DNA of 64,000 nucleotides from an uncultured Bacteroidaceae bacterium (GTDB lineage Bacteria; Bacillota; Clostridia; Christensenellales; CAG-917): NCBI GenBank assembly GCA_964599875.1, contig CAZRHE010000008.1, positions 9,781 to 73,780 of the forward strand, read 5' to 3'. Shown piece by piece: positions 55,426 to 64,000 of this stretch (position 1 is its first letter; each line of letters starts with the position of its first letter). The notes under the pieces were generated by a model. It saw only the letters and a program-made list of their open reading frames with translations, ran no database searches and was not told where the DNA came from. The position numbers and the translations under genes were made by a program.

Positions 55426-55440
55426 TCCATTCCTCAATAC

Positions 55441-55478
55441 AAATAAAGCCTTGTTTCGCACAAAACAAGGCTTTATTT
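55441..55478. terminator. Bidirectional terminator between the ferritin-like gene and prfB
   Basis: aaataaagccttgtt / tcgcacaa / aacaaggctttattt forms a 15-bp perfect stem. Confidence 0.75.
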
Positions 55479-55518
55479 ACTGTTTTTGATATTTTATGTC
55501 CGTTTTCAGGTAGAAAAC

Positions 55519-56619
55519 TTATTGGACGGACATTTTGAGGTATTCGTCGATGAAGGCGTCGAGGTCGCCGTCCATGACTGCTTGGACGTTGCCGGTTTCG
55601 AAACCGGTGCGGTGGTCTTTCACCATGGTGTAAGGGCAAAATACGTAACTGCGGATTTGACTGCCCCATTCGATTTTTTTGAGTTTGCCCGAGATTGCCG
55701 CCGCTTCTTCTTCGCGCTCGCGCTCTTTCTTTTCGATGAGTTTACTGCGGAGCATTTGCATGGCGACTTCGCGGTTTTGGATTTGGCTGCGCTCGTTTTG
55801 GCAAGCAACTATAATGCCCGTAGGGATATGCGTTATGCGGATTGCGGATTCGGTTTTATTGACGTGTTGTCCGCCCGCGCCCGAACTTCTGTAAGTATCC
55901 ACTTTGAGGTCTTCGGGACGAATCTCGATTTCGCCGTCGTCAATGATTTCGGGCATAACTTCGAGAGACGCAAAGGAGGTGTGGCGTCTTGCGTTGGCGT
56001 CGAAAGGAGATATGCGTACTAGACGATGAACGCCTTTTTCCGCTTTGAGATAACCGTATGCGTTGTCCCCTTCCACTCTGAATGTTACGCTCTTTATACC
56101 TGCCTCGTCACCTGCGAGATAGTCGAGTTCGACTGCTTTCCAGCCCGAACGCTCGACGTAACGCGTATACATACGATAAAGCATATCGCACCAGTCTTGC
56201 GCTTCGGTGCCGCCTGCGCCCGCATGCAAAGTAAGGATTGCGTTGAGTCCGTCGTACTTGCCCGAAAGCAAGGTTTCGAGAGTCAACTTTTCGGTTTTTT
56301 CCTTGAGCGTATCGACGAGCGTTTGGAGGTTGTTATCCTCTTCCTCGCTTTCTTCGAGTTCGACTATATCGACGATTTCCGTCGCGTCGTCGAGTTCGGA
56401 CAACAGTTTTTCAAAGCGTTCGAGTTTGGCCTTGATTTGGCTTATTTCCTTCGACACTTTTTGTGCGTTCGCGACGTCGTTCCAAAACCCGTCGCCGTTT
56501 TGCACGGCTTCGAGTTCCGCGACTCTTCCGCGCAGTTTTTCGGGGTTTATCCCGTCATATGCGCACTTTAAGTCCGTTTTCAGCGATTTGAGTTCTTGTT
56601 TCTTTGCAAAATAATCCAT
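55519..56619 (-). CDS. prfB: Peptide chain release factor 2
   Basis: SPF tripeptide (RISPFDANARRHTSF) and GGQ (SGAGGQHVNKTESAIRITH). I place the start at ATG 56617-56619 (MDYFAKKQELK), 4 nt after the secA stop. The reading frame is continuous, with no +1 frameshift site. Confidence 0.9.
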   Translation of the reverse strand: MDYFAKKQELKSLKTDLKCAYDGINPEKLRGRVAELEAVQNGDGFWNDVANAQKVSKEISQIKAKLERFEKLLSELDDATEIVDIVELEESEEEDNNLQTLVDTLKEKTEKLTLETLLSGKYDGLNAILTLHAGAGGTEAQDWCDMLYRMYTRYVERSGWKAVELDYLAGDEAGIKSVTFRVEGDNAYGYLKAEKGVHRLVRISPFDANARRHTSFASLEVMPEIIDDGEIEIRPEDLKVDTYRSSGAGGQHVNKTESAIRITHIPTGIIVACQNERSQIQNREVAMQMLRSKLIEKKEREREEEAAAISGKLKKIEWGSQIRSYVFCPYTMVKDHRTGFETGNVQAVMDGDLDAFIDEYLKMSVQ

Positions 56620-56623
56620 AGTT

Positions 56624-59284
56624 TTATTTATTCTTTCCGCAACAGTTTTTATACTTTTTGCCACTTCCGCAAGGGCACGGATCGTTTCTGCCGACCTTAT
56701 CCGTAGAGCGCGCTTGCGACTTTTCCGTCGCTATTTGTTTGCTCATTTGAGTTTCGCCGTTTTCGCGTTTTTTGACTTCAACCTTGAGAAGCAAGGACGC
56801 AGTTTCGCTATGGATTCTGTCCACCATGTCTTCAAACATAGCCCAACCCTCTTCGCGATATGCGATGACGGGGTCGCGTTGTCCGTATCCGCGCAAGCCT
56901 ATACCCTTTCGCAATACGTCCATAGCGTCGATATGGTCCATCCATTTTGCGTCGACGGTCTTCAAGAGGAACACTCTTTCGAGATCCCTGAAATCGAATC
57001 CGTCTTCTTTGAGGACGGCAATCTTGTTTTCGTAGTTTTCGAGAGCGATTTTGAGGACGGCATCTTTGAGTTTGTACACGTCGTAGCAAGAGCAAAGTTC
57101 GGGTGTCATCAAATTCGTCCCCCTCGGCAACATTTTTTGTTCGAGAGAATTGTTGAAAGCGACGTAATCCCAAGTATTGTAATCCGTCTTGTAGTCCGCA
57201 TAGTAGCCGATGATTTCTTCCGCAAGGTCCCCTATCATATCCACGATTTGGTCGTGAATATCCAGTCCGTCGAGGACTTTTCCTCTTTCCTTATAGATGA
57301 TTTCGCGCTGCGCGTTCATGACGTCGTCGTAGGACAAAACTTGTTTTCTTATCGAGTAGTTTCTGCCCTCGACAAGGCGTTGCGCGCGTTCGATTTGTTT
57401 GCTTATGACGCCGTTTGCGATAGGCTCGTCGTCAGGGAATTTCATGGTTTCGGCAATGGATTTGAGTTTATCCCCACCGAAAATTCTTGCGACGTCGTCT
57501 TCCATAGAGATATAGAATACCGTGCTGCCGGGGTCGCCTTGACGTCCCGCACGACCTCTCAACTGGTTGTCTATACGGCGGCTTTCGTGGCGTTCGGTGC
57601 CTATAATGCGAAGTCCTCCGAGTGCGATGACTTTTGCTTTTTCCTCGTCGCATTTTTTCTTGAACGCCTCGTAATGGTGCAAATAAACCTCTTTTGCCTC
57701 CGCGACTTTTTCATCGTCGTAGACGTGAGGAGAGGTTGCCATTTCGATTATATCGAGAGGATAGCCGTCCTTTTCCATTTTTTGTTTCGCTTGGAAATCC
57801 GCATTTCCGCCGAGCATGATATCCGTGCCGCGGCCCGCCATATTCGTTGCGATTGTGACCGCACCGAGTTTGCCCGCTTGCGCGATTATTTCCGCTTCTT
57901 GCTTGTGGAATTTCGCGTTGAGGACGTTATGTCTTATTCCCTTACGTTTGAGAATTTCGGACAATTCTTCGGACTTTTCGACGCTGACCGTGCCGACGAG
58001 GACGGGTTGTTCTTTTTTATAACGCTCCTCTATATCCGCAACGATTGCGTTGAGTTTTCCTGCGACTTTCGTATAAATTTGGTCGTGTTCGTCCTTTCTT
58101 TGGGAGGGTTTATTCGGCGGAATTTGCACGACGTCGAGATAATAAATGCCTTCGAATTCGTCCTCTTCCGTCTTTGCCGTACCCGTCATGCCGCTGAGTT
58201 TGGAGTACATACGGAAGAAATTTTGAAAAGTAATCGTCGCAAGCGTCTTGTTTTCGCTTCTGATGACGACGTGTTCTTTCGCCTCGATTGCTTGGTGCAG
58301 ACCTTCGTTGTATCTACGCCCTATCATGATACGACCCGTAAATTCGTCGACGATAAGGACTTCGCCGTCGTTGACGATATAATCGCGGTCGCGTTTCATC
58401 ATATTGTGCGCTTTGAGCGCTTGTTGGATATGATGATAAAGTTCGGTATTATCTATGTCGGTGAGGTTGGATACGTGGAAATATCTTTCCGCTTTCGCCA
58501 CGCCGTCGTCGGTGAGCATAATGGTTTTCTCTTTTTCTTCGATTGTGAAATCGTCGCCCTCGTGTAAAGTGCGCGCGAATGCGTCCGCTATTTTGTAAGT
58601 TTCACTGGATTTTCCGCCTCTACCCGAAATGATGAGCGGGGTGCGCGCTTCGTCTATCAAAATGGAGTCGACTTCGTCGACGATTGCAAAGTTGAGTCCG
58701 CGTTGAACTTTATCCCTCTTTGCGACGACCATATTGTCGCGCAGGAAATCGAATCCGAGTTCGTTGTTGGTGCAGTAGCAAATATCCGAATTATAAGCGG
58801 CTTTCTTGTCTTCGTTGCTCATTCCCGGGACGACGACGCCGACGGTAAGTCCCAAAAAGCGGTGGACTTTACCCATCCACGCAGCGTCGCGGGTTGCAAG
58901 ATAATCGTTGACCGTGACGACGTGTACGCCCTTGCCCGTCAATGCGTTGAGATAACCGGGGAGAGTTGCGACGAGGGTCTTGCCTTCGCCCGTGCCCATC
59001 TCTGCGATTCTGCCTTGATGAAGAGCGATGCCGCCCATGAGTTGGACGAAATACGGACGCATGCCGAGCACTCTTTCCGCCGCCTCTCTGACGGTAGCGA
59101 ATGCCTCGGGCAAAATCGAATCCAAACTTTCGCCCTTTTCGATACGGGACTTGAACTCTGCGGTTTTTGCTTGCAGAGCCTCGTCGGACAACGACTTATA
59201 TTCTGGCGCTAACGCCTCGATTTTGTTCGCTATCTTTTTGATTTTTCTTACTTTTCTTTCGTTTTCGTTGAAAATCGATGCCAT
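56624..59284 (-). CDS. secA: Preprotein translocase ATPase SecA
   Basis: 886 aa; MGTGEGKTLVATLP, and a C-terminal Zn finger CPCGSGKKYKNCCG. Confidence 0.97.
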   Translation of the reverse strand: MASIFNENERKVRKIKKIANKIEALAPEYKSLSDEALQAKTAEFKSRIEKGESLDSILPEAFATVREAAERVLGMRPYFVQLMGGIALHQGRIAEMGTGEGKTLVATLPGYLNALTGKGVHVVTVNDYLATRDAAWMGKVHRFLGLTVGVVVPGMSNEDKKAAYNSDICYCTNNELGFDFLRDNMVVAKRDKVQRGLNFAIVDEVDSILIDEARTPLIISGRGGKSSETYKIADAFARTLHEGDDFTIEEKEKTIMLTDDGVAKAERYFHVSNLTDIDNTELYHHIQQALKAHNMMKRDRDYIVNDGEVLIVDEFTGRIMIGRRYNEGLHQAIEAKEHVVIRSENKTLATITFQNFFRMYSKLSGMTGTAKTEEDEFEGIYYLDVVQIPPNKPSQRKDEHDQIYTKVAGKLNAIVADIEERYKKEQPVLVGTVSVEKSEELSEILKRKGIRHNVLNAKFHKQEAEIIAQAGKLGAVTIATNMAGRGTDIMLGGNADFQAKQKMEKDGYPLDIIEMATSPHVYDDEKVAEAKEVYLHHYEAFKKKCDEEKAKVIALGGLRIIGTERHESRRIDNQLRGRAGRQGDPGSTVFYISMEDDVARIFGGDKLKSIAETMKFPDDEPIANGVISKQIERAQRLVEGRNYSIRKQVLSYDDVMNAQREIIYKERGKVLDGLDIHDQIVDMIGDLAEEIIGYYADYKTDYNTWDYVAFNNSLEQKMLPRGTNLMTPELCSCYDVYKLKDAVLKIALENYENKIAVLKEDGFDFRDLERVFLLKTVDAKWMDHIDAMDVLRKGIGLRGYGQRDPVIAYREEGWAMFEDMVDRIHSETASLLLKVEVKKRENGETQMSKQIATEKSQARSTDKVGRNDPCPCGSGKKYKNCCGKNK

Positions 59285-59338
59285 GTTTTCCTCATATATG
59301 CGCTCGCACGCACGACGGCGCGCGTACCGCTATTCGAT

Positions 59339-59367
59339 ATAATAAACTATTTATCGAGATTTTGCAA
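59339..59367 (-). promoter_or_regulatory. Candidate sigma70 promoter of secA-prfB
   Basis: Minus strand reads TTGCAA (59362-59367), a 17-nt spacer, then TATTAT (59339-59344). Confidence 0.5.
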
Positions 59368-59408
59368 CCCGTATGCGCGCTCGCGCGCCCGTTTAAGCAA
59401 AATTTAAG

Positions 59409-60179
59409 TCAATCCTCGTCCGCGATAGGCGTCGCACTCTCGGACGGAAGTTTCCTTTTCGTCACGGCGGCAGTCAGTACGTACACTTCTTTCGCCTTAC
59501 CTTTGAGCAAAACTTTTGCACATTCGTTTGCGGTTGCGCCCGTTGTAAAAACATCGTCTATCAGCAATATGATTCTATCCTTGACCTGCGGATATTTCAG
59601 TAGAAATGCACCTTCGAGATTTTTCGCTCTGTCCTTTCCGCCTAACTGCTTTTGCTCGGACGTGCTTCTAATCTTTTCGAGCGCGGGCAGGACGGGGATA
59701 TTAAGTCTTTCCCCGACGTCGAGTGCAAGAAGTTCGGATTGATTGAATCCTCTTTTCTCTTCCTCGTCCTTCGTCATAGGGACGAAGACAATGATTTCGC
59801 CCTTCATTTTGTTTGAGATGAACGCGTCCGACATCATCGCGCCGAGAGTGTGCGCTATATATTTCTTCCCGCCGAATTTCATCTTGTGAACGAGCAACTT
59901 CGCCTCACCGTCGTACACGAGTGGTGACCTGTTGCAAGCGAATTTGAAGTTCTCGGATTGACAGCGGATGCAATAATCCGCCTCGTTAGCCATAGGAATT
60001 CCGCAATCGAGACAAACTTTGCCGCGAATTGGATTTAGTTTTTCTATGCAAGACGAGCACAACCGATAACGCGTATCCGCCACGAGTTCCGCTCCGCAAA
60101 TATCGCAAGTGACGTCCTCGGGGAAAACGGCGTCGATAATCCCTTTCTTGATCTTATCCCACAACTCGGCTAACTTCAT
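59409..60179 (-). CDS. comFC: ComF-family (ComFC-like) phosphoribosyltransferase-domain protein
   Basis: An N-terminal 4-Cys zinc finger (CDICG...CSSC...CLDCG...CIRC) is followed by the PRT motif ILLIDDVFTTGAT. I place the start at ATG 60177-60179, 1 nt after the recD2 stop. The track start at 60200 is a TTG. Confidence 0.75.
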   Translation of the reverse strand: MKLAELWDKIKKGIIDAVFPEDVTCDICGAELVADTRYRLCSSCIEKLNPIRGKVCLDCGIPMANEADYCIRCQSENFKFACNRSPLVYDGEAKLLVHKMKFGGKKYIAHTLGAMMSDAFISNKMKGEIIVFVPMTKDEEEKRGFNQSELLALDVGERLNIPVLPALEKIRSTSEQKQLGGKDRAKNLEGAFLLKYPQVKDRIILLIDDVFTTGATANECAKVLLKGKAKEVYVLTAAVTKRKLPSESATPIADED

Positions 60180-60180
60180 A

Positions 60181-62400
60181 TCAATACGAAAGACTTGCAA
60201 ATTCGTCGTTGACGAGATTGACGAGCAAAGAGTATCTTCTTGCGGTTTGATTGTTTTTCACCATACGCGCAAGCGTCTTTTTCGTCCCTGCGATGACGAC
60301 GATTTTCTTTGCGCGCGTAACTGCGGTATAAAGCAAATTTCGCGACTGCAACATATAGTTTGCGTCGAGTGCGATAACGACCGCATCGAACTCGCAACCT
60401 TGCGATTTATGTATGGTGACGGCATATGCAAGCGTCAGTTGTTCGGCATCGTCAAATTTATAAACAGCCACTTTATCATCGTCAAATCGTATGATAAACT
60501 GCATAATCTGCAAATTTATGCTTTCTATCGTGCCTATATCGCCGTTGTAAACGCCGCACCCTCTTTCGATTTTCGCGCCTACGCACTGCGTCCATTCCTG
60601 CTGATAATTGTTCTGCGTTTGCATAACCTTATCGCCCTCTCTGAACAGAGTTTCGCCGTGGTGAAATTCTTTCTTTTCGCGGGAAGGCGGATTGATTACC
60701 GCTTGCAGTCTTTGATTTAGTCCTACAACCCCCGCACTTCCTCTTTTCATCGGGCAAAGCACTTGCACGTCCCTTGCGTCCACGCCGAGATACTTCGTTA
60801 GGCGTTTTGTCACAAGGTCTATCGTCGTGCGCGCGATATTCTCTGCATTCTCCCTTTCCTCAAAGAAAAAGTCCTTGCTCTTGTTGTCGAGAATAGGCAT
60901 TTCGCCGTGGTTGATTTTGTGTGCGTTGGTTATGATTTTACTGTCTTCGGATTGACGATAAATCTGCGTGAGATAACTGACCTTGAATTTTCCGCAAGCA
61001 ATCAAGTCGCCGAGGACGTTGCCCGCGCCGACGGACGCGAGTTGGTCTTTATCCCCGACGAGCACGAGCCTTGCGCCGAGTTTGACCGCTCTGACAAGGG
61101 CGCTGAACACGTATTCGTCCACCATACTCATTTCGTCCACGATTACGACGTCGCTTGACAGTTTCGTTTCGTCGTCGTATTTAAAACGTCCCGTCCCGTC
61201 TTTGTAGTCGAGTTCGAGAAGTCTATGGATAGTCCTTGCCTCTTCTCCCGTCGCTTCGGACATTCGTTTTGCGGCGCGTCCCGTGGGTGCGCAAAGTGAA
61301 ACGTTTTGTCCTAAATCCTTATAAATATGAAGAATACATTTAACGATAGTGGTCTTTCCCGTGCCCGGTCCGCCCGTCACGATATGCACGCCGTTTTCTA
61401 TGGACGCTTTGACCGCTTCCACTTGATTGGGGTGAAGTTTGAATCCCGCCTCGTTTTCGAAAATTCGGATTTCTTCGTCGACGGGAATCTTGTATTCCGC
61501 ACTGCATCCCGAGAGTATGGCAAGACGGCGGGCTATGCTTTCTTCGATATTGAAATATTGCTTCAAAGATATCGCCGCATGCTCTCCCGTATCGTAACGA
61601 ATGAGGTCGCCGAACATAATCATATCTTCGACATTTTCACGCACTCTTTCTTCGGGTTCGTCACAATCAAGCCTTAAAAGTTCCAAAGCGGCGCCGAGAA
61701 GTTCGTTTTCGGGCAAATAGGTATGCCCGCTACGAGTCGCCGCCTTTTTCAAAACGTACTTAATCCCCGCGGTAATTCTGTAATCGCTGTTCCTGCTTAT
61801 TCCCAAACTTTCGGCAATTCTGTCCGCCGACGCAAAGCCTATTCCGCCCACGTCGTCGATAAGCGTATAAGGATTTTTCCTTATGACTTCTTCGGTTTTT
61901 CCACCGTACACGCCGTATATTTTGAGGGCAAGATTTATGCTGACGCCGAGTTCTTGCAAGAAAATCATAGCGTCCTGCATCTTGATTAAATTCGTATATT
62001 CGAGCCCGAATTCGGTAGCGCGTTTTAAAGATATCCCCTTGACCTTTGCAAGTTCAAACGGATATTTCATTTTTTCAAGCGAATCCACCCCGAATTTTGC
62101 AACGATAGCCTCTGCGGTGACGGGACCTAATCCCCTTATAAGTCCGCTGCCTAAAAACTTGCGGATGCCGTCCAAGCGCGACGGTGCGCTGACATACACG
62201 TTTTCCGCAAAAAACTGCTTCCCGTATAACGTTTTGGTCTGAAAACTTCCTTCCACTCTGATATTCTGACCTTCGCTTACAGGAGGAAAGGTGCCTACGA
62301 CGGTGTGCACGCCCACTTCGGTTTTGACGTCGAGCACCGTGTAGCCCGTATCTTCGCTTCTGAAGATTACGCTTTTGATTTCTCCTCTGAGTTCTGCCAT
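60181..62400 (-). CDS. recD2: SF1B ATP-dependent DNA helicase RecD2
   Basis: 739 aa. It has an N-terminal OB/HhH region, Walker A VTGGPGTGKTT, VIVDEMSMV, and C-terminal AYAVTIHKSQGCEF. Confidence 0.85.
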   Translation of the reverse strand: MAELRGEIKSVIFRSEDTGYTVLDVKTEVGVHTVVGTFPPVSEGQNIRVEGSFQTKTLYGKQFFAENVYVSAPSRLDGIRKFLGSGLIRGLGPVTAEAIVAKFGVDSLEKMKYPFELAKVKGISLKRATEFGLEYTNLIKMQDAMIFLQELGVSINLALKIYGVYGGKTEEVIRKNPYTLIDDVGGIGFASADRIAESLGISRNSDYRITAGIKYVLKKAATRSGHTYLPENELLGAALELLRLDCDEPEERVRENVEDMIMFGDLIRYDTGEHAAISLKQYFNIEESIARRLAILSGCSAEYKIPVDEEIRIFENEAGFKLHPNQVEAVKASIENGVHIVTGGPGTGKTTIVKCILHIYKDLGQNVSLCAPTGRAAKRMSEATGEEARTIHRLLELDYKDGTGRFKYDDETKLSSDVVIVDEMSMVDEYVFSALVRAVKLGARLVLVGDKDQLASVGAGNVLGDLIACGKFKVSYLTQIYRQSEDSKIITNAHKINHGEMPILDNKSKDFFFEERENAENIARTTIDLVTKRLTKYLGVDARDVQVLCPMKRGSAGVVGLNQRLQAVINPPSREKKEFHHGETLFREGDKVMQTQNNYQQEWTQCVGAKIERGCGVYNGDIGTIESINLQIMQFIIRFDDDKVAVYKFDDAEQLTLAYAVTIHKSQGCEFDAVVIALDANYMLQSRNLLYTAVTRAKKIVVIAGTKKTLARMVKNNQTARRYSLLVNLVNDEFASLSY

Positions 62401-62487
62401 TTATATCTTTCCCCTTTCGATATAGACGAAGGATAAATCCTCCTCCGTCGGTTTCTTTGTTTTTTCATAGTTGCGCGCACACGCAAC

Positions 62488-62515
62488 TATGAAAAAACAA
62501 GGAATAACCCTTGTT
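62488..62515 (-). terminator. Intrinsic terminator of metK
   Basis: Minus strand reads AACAAGG gttatt CCTTGTT followed by TTTTTC. A second 12-bp hairpin (ttcatagttgcg / cgcaactatgaa, within 62461-62495) follows directly. Confidence 0.6.
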
Positions 62516-62531
62516 TTCTCTTTCGTTATTG

Positions 62532-63710
62532 TCAAAGCGTTTCGAGCGCGCGTTTGATTTCTTCCACCTTGTCCGTTTGTTCCCACGGGAACACGCTCTT
62601 TCCGAGGTGTCCGTAGTTCGACGTGGCGCGGTAGATAGGCCGATCGAGTTTTAGATTTTTAATGATCGCAAGCGGTCTTAAATCAAACGTTTTGTTCACG
62701 ATTTCCGCTATCTTTTCGTCGGAGACTATGCCGGTGCCGTAACTGTCCACGTAGACTGCAACGGGGTGCGACATTCCGATTGCGTACGCGATTTCGATTT
62801 CCACGCGTTTCGCAACGCCTGCCGCGACGAGGTTTTTGCAGATATAGCGCGCCATATACAGTCCGCTTCTATCCACTTTGCTGGGGTCTTTGCCCGACAA
62901 CGCTCCGCCACCGTGACGGCAGAATCCGCCGTAGGTGTCGACGATAATTTTTCTTCCCGTAAGACCGCTGTCCCCAACGGGTCCGCCGACGACGAATCTT
63001 CCCGTCGGATTGACGTAAATCTTCGTGTCTTCGTCCAAATATTTTTCGGGGATTGCTTTCTTGATGACCTTTTCGATGATATCTCTTTCGAGAGTTTCCA
63101 TATCGACGGAATCCGAATGTTGCGTGGAAACGACGACGGTATCCACTCTGACGGGGACGTCGTCCATGTATTCGACGGTGACTTGCGACTTTCCGTCGGG
63201 ACGGAGATAATCGATTTCTTGGTTCTTTCTCGCCTCGGTCAAACGATAAGTGAGCGCATGCGCGAGCATGACGGGAAGAGGCATAAGTTCTTCGGTTTCG
63301 TCGGTTGCATAACCGAACATCATACCTTGGTCGCCTGCACCCTGTTTTTCGAATTCGTCCACGTCGCTTTCGCTGTCGGTTGCGGAATCGACGCCGAGCG
63401 CGATGTCGGGAGATTGCTTGTCGAGTGACGTAAGCACCGCACACGTCTTATAGTCGAATCCGAGAGAACTGTCGTTGTATCCGATATCTTTGATGACTCC
63501 GCGGACTATGCCGGGGATATCCGAGTGGTGTTTGGTCGTGACTTCGCCGAACACCACCACCATGCCGGTGGTGGCGCACACTTCAACGGCAACTCTTGCG
63601 GAAGGGTCTTCCGCATAGATGTCGTCGAGTATGGCGTCTGCGATTTGGTCGCAGACCTTATCGGGATGTCCTTCGGTTACGCTTTCGGACGTAAATAATC
63701 TTTTTTCCAT
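62532..63710 (-). CDS. metK: S-adenosylmethionine synthase
   Basis: 392 aa; [49 protein letters not shown]. Confidence 0.95.
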   Translation of the reverse strand: MEKRLFTSESVTEGHPDKVCDQIADAILDDIYAEDPSARVAVEVCATTGMVVVFGEVTTKHHSDIPGIVRGVIKDIGYNDSSLGFDYKTCAVLTSLDKQSPDIALGVDSATDSESDVDEFEKQGAGDQGMMFGYATDETEELMPLPVMLAHALTYRLTEARKNQEIDYLRPDGKSQVTVEYMDDVPVRVDTVVVSTQHSDSVDMETLERDIIEKVIKKAIPEKYLDEDTKIYVNPTGRFVVGGPVGDSGLTGRKIIVDTYGGFCRHGGGALSGKDPSKVDRSGLYMARYICKNLVAAGVAKRVEIEIAYAIGMSHPVAVYVDSYGTGIVSDEKIAEIVNKTFDLRPLAIIKNLKLDRPIYRATSNYGHLGKSVFPWEQTDKVEEIKRALETL

Positions 63711-63728
63711 AACAGTAACAGTAGTTTA

Positions 63729-64000
<272 letters not shown>

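Noticed and set aside
56620-56664. A 15-codon N-terminal extension of prfB (GTG start overlapping secA), or a hidden frameshift
   Set aside because: The extension begins at a GTG with no properly spaced SD and overlaps the secA C-terminal zinc finger. The MDYF... start gives a normal 366-aa RF2. No in-frame stop or shift site is present.

Overview
Chromosomal segment from a Bacillota (Clostridia-like) bacterium using the standard genetic code: RF2 is present and genes end in TGA or TAA. About 40% of the window (1187-27073, minus strand) is one uninterrupted gene for an ~8,628-aa, strongly acidic protein with an N-terminal lipobox. It has three parts. The N-terminal ~5,700 aa hold at least 13 homologous 320-800-aa modules, each ending in a short hydrophobic Gly-rich segment plus an acidic linker with an A-x-[A/S] core. 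A ~620-aa non-repetitive centre follows, then a ~2,250-aa C-terminal array of Ig-like units. I cannot assign the N-terminal modules to any named family, and this gene is my main candidate for undescribed biology. The rest of the window holds: an AEC permease; glycan-utilisation genes (GH20, a GH127/DUF1680-like protein, a mutarotase-like protein); apgM; a zinc-ribbon/TM-anchored BspA-type LRR protein with an internal composition break; a repeat-rich 430-bp intergenic region with an orphan promoter/terminator pair; a four-gene minus-strand cluster with two tandem HxxxDG condensation-domain paralogues; a BclA-like collagen-repeat protein; and two small overlapping genes in an A/T-rich islet. It ends with a rearranged translation cluster, listed here in minus-strand order: rpoC'-metK-recD2-comF-secA-prfB, then a plus-strand ferritin-like gene, then tsaD-rpsL-rpsG-fusA-tuf-rpmG-secE-nusG-rplK-rplA, which converges on an inverted rplJ-rplL. 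I saw no rRNA, tRNA, CRISPR array, transposase or integrase. All family assignments come from reading motifs by eye; no database search was run.
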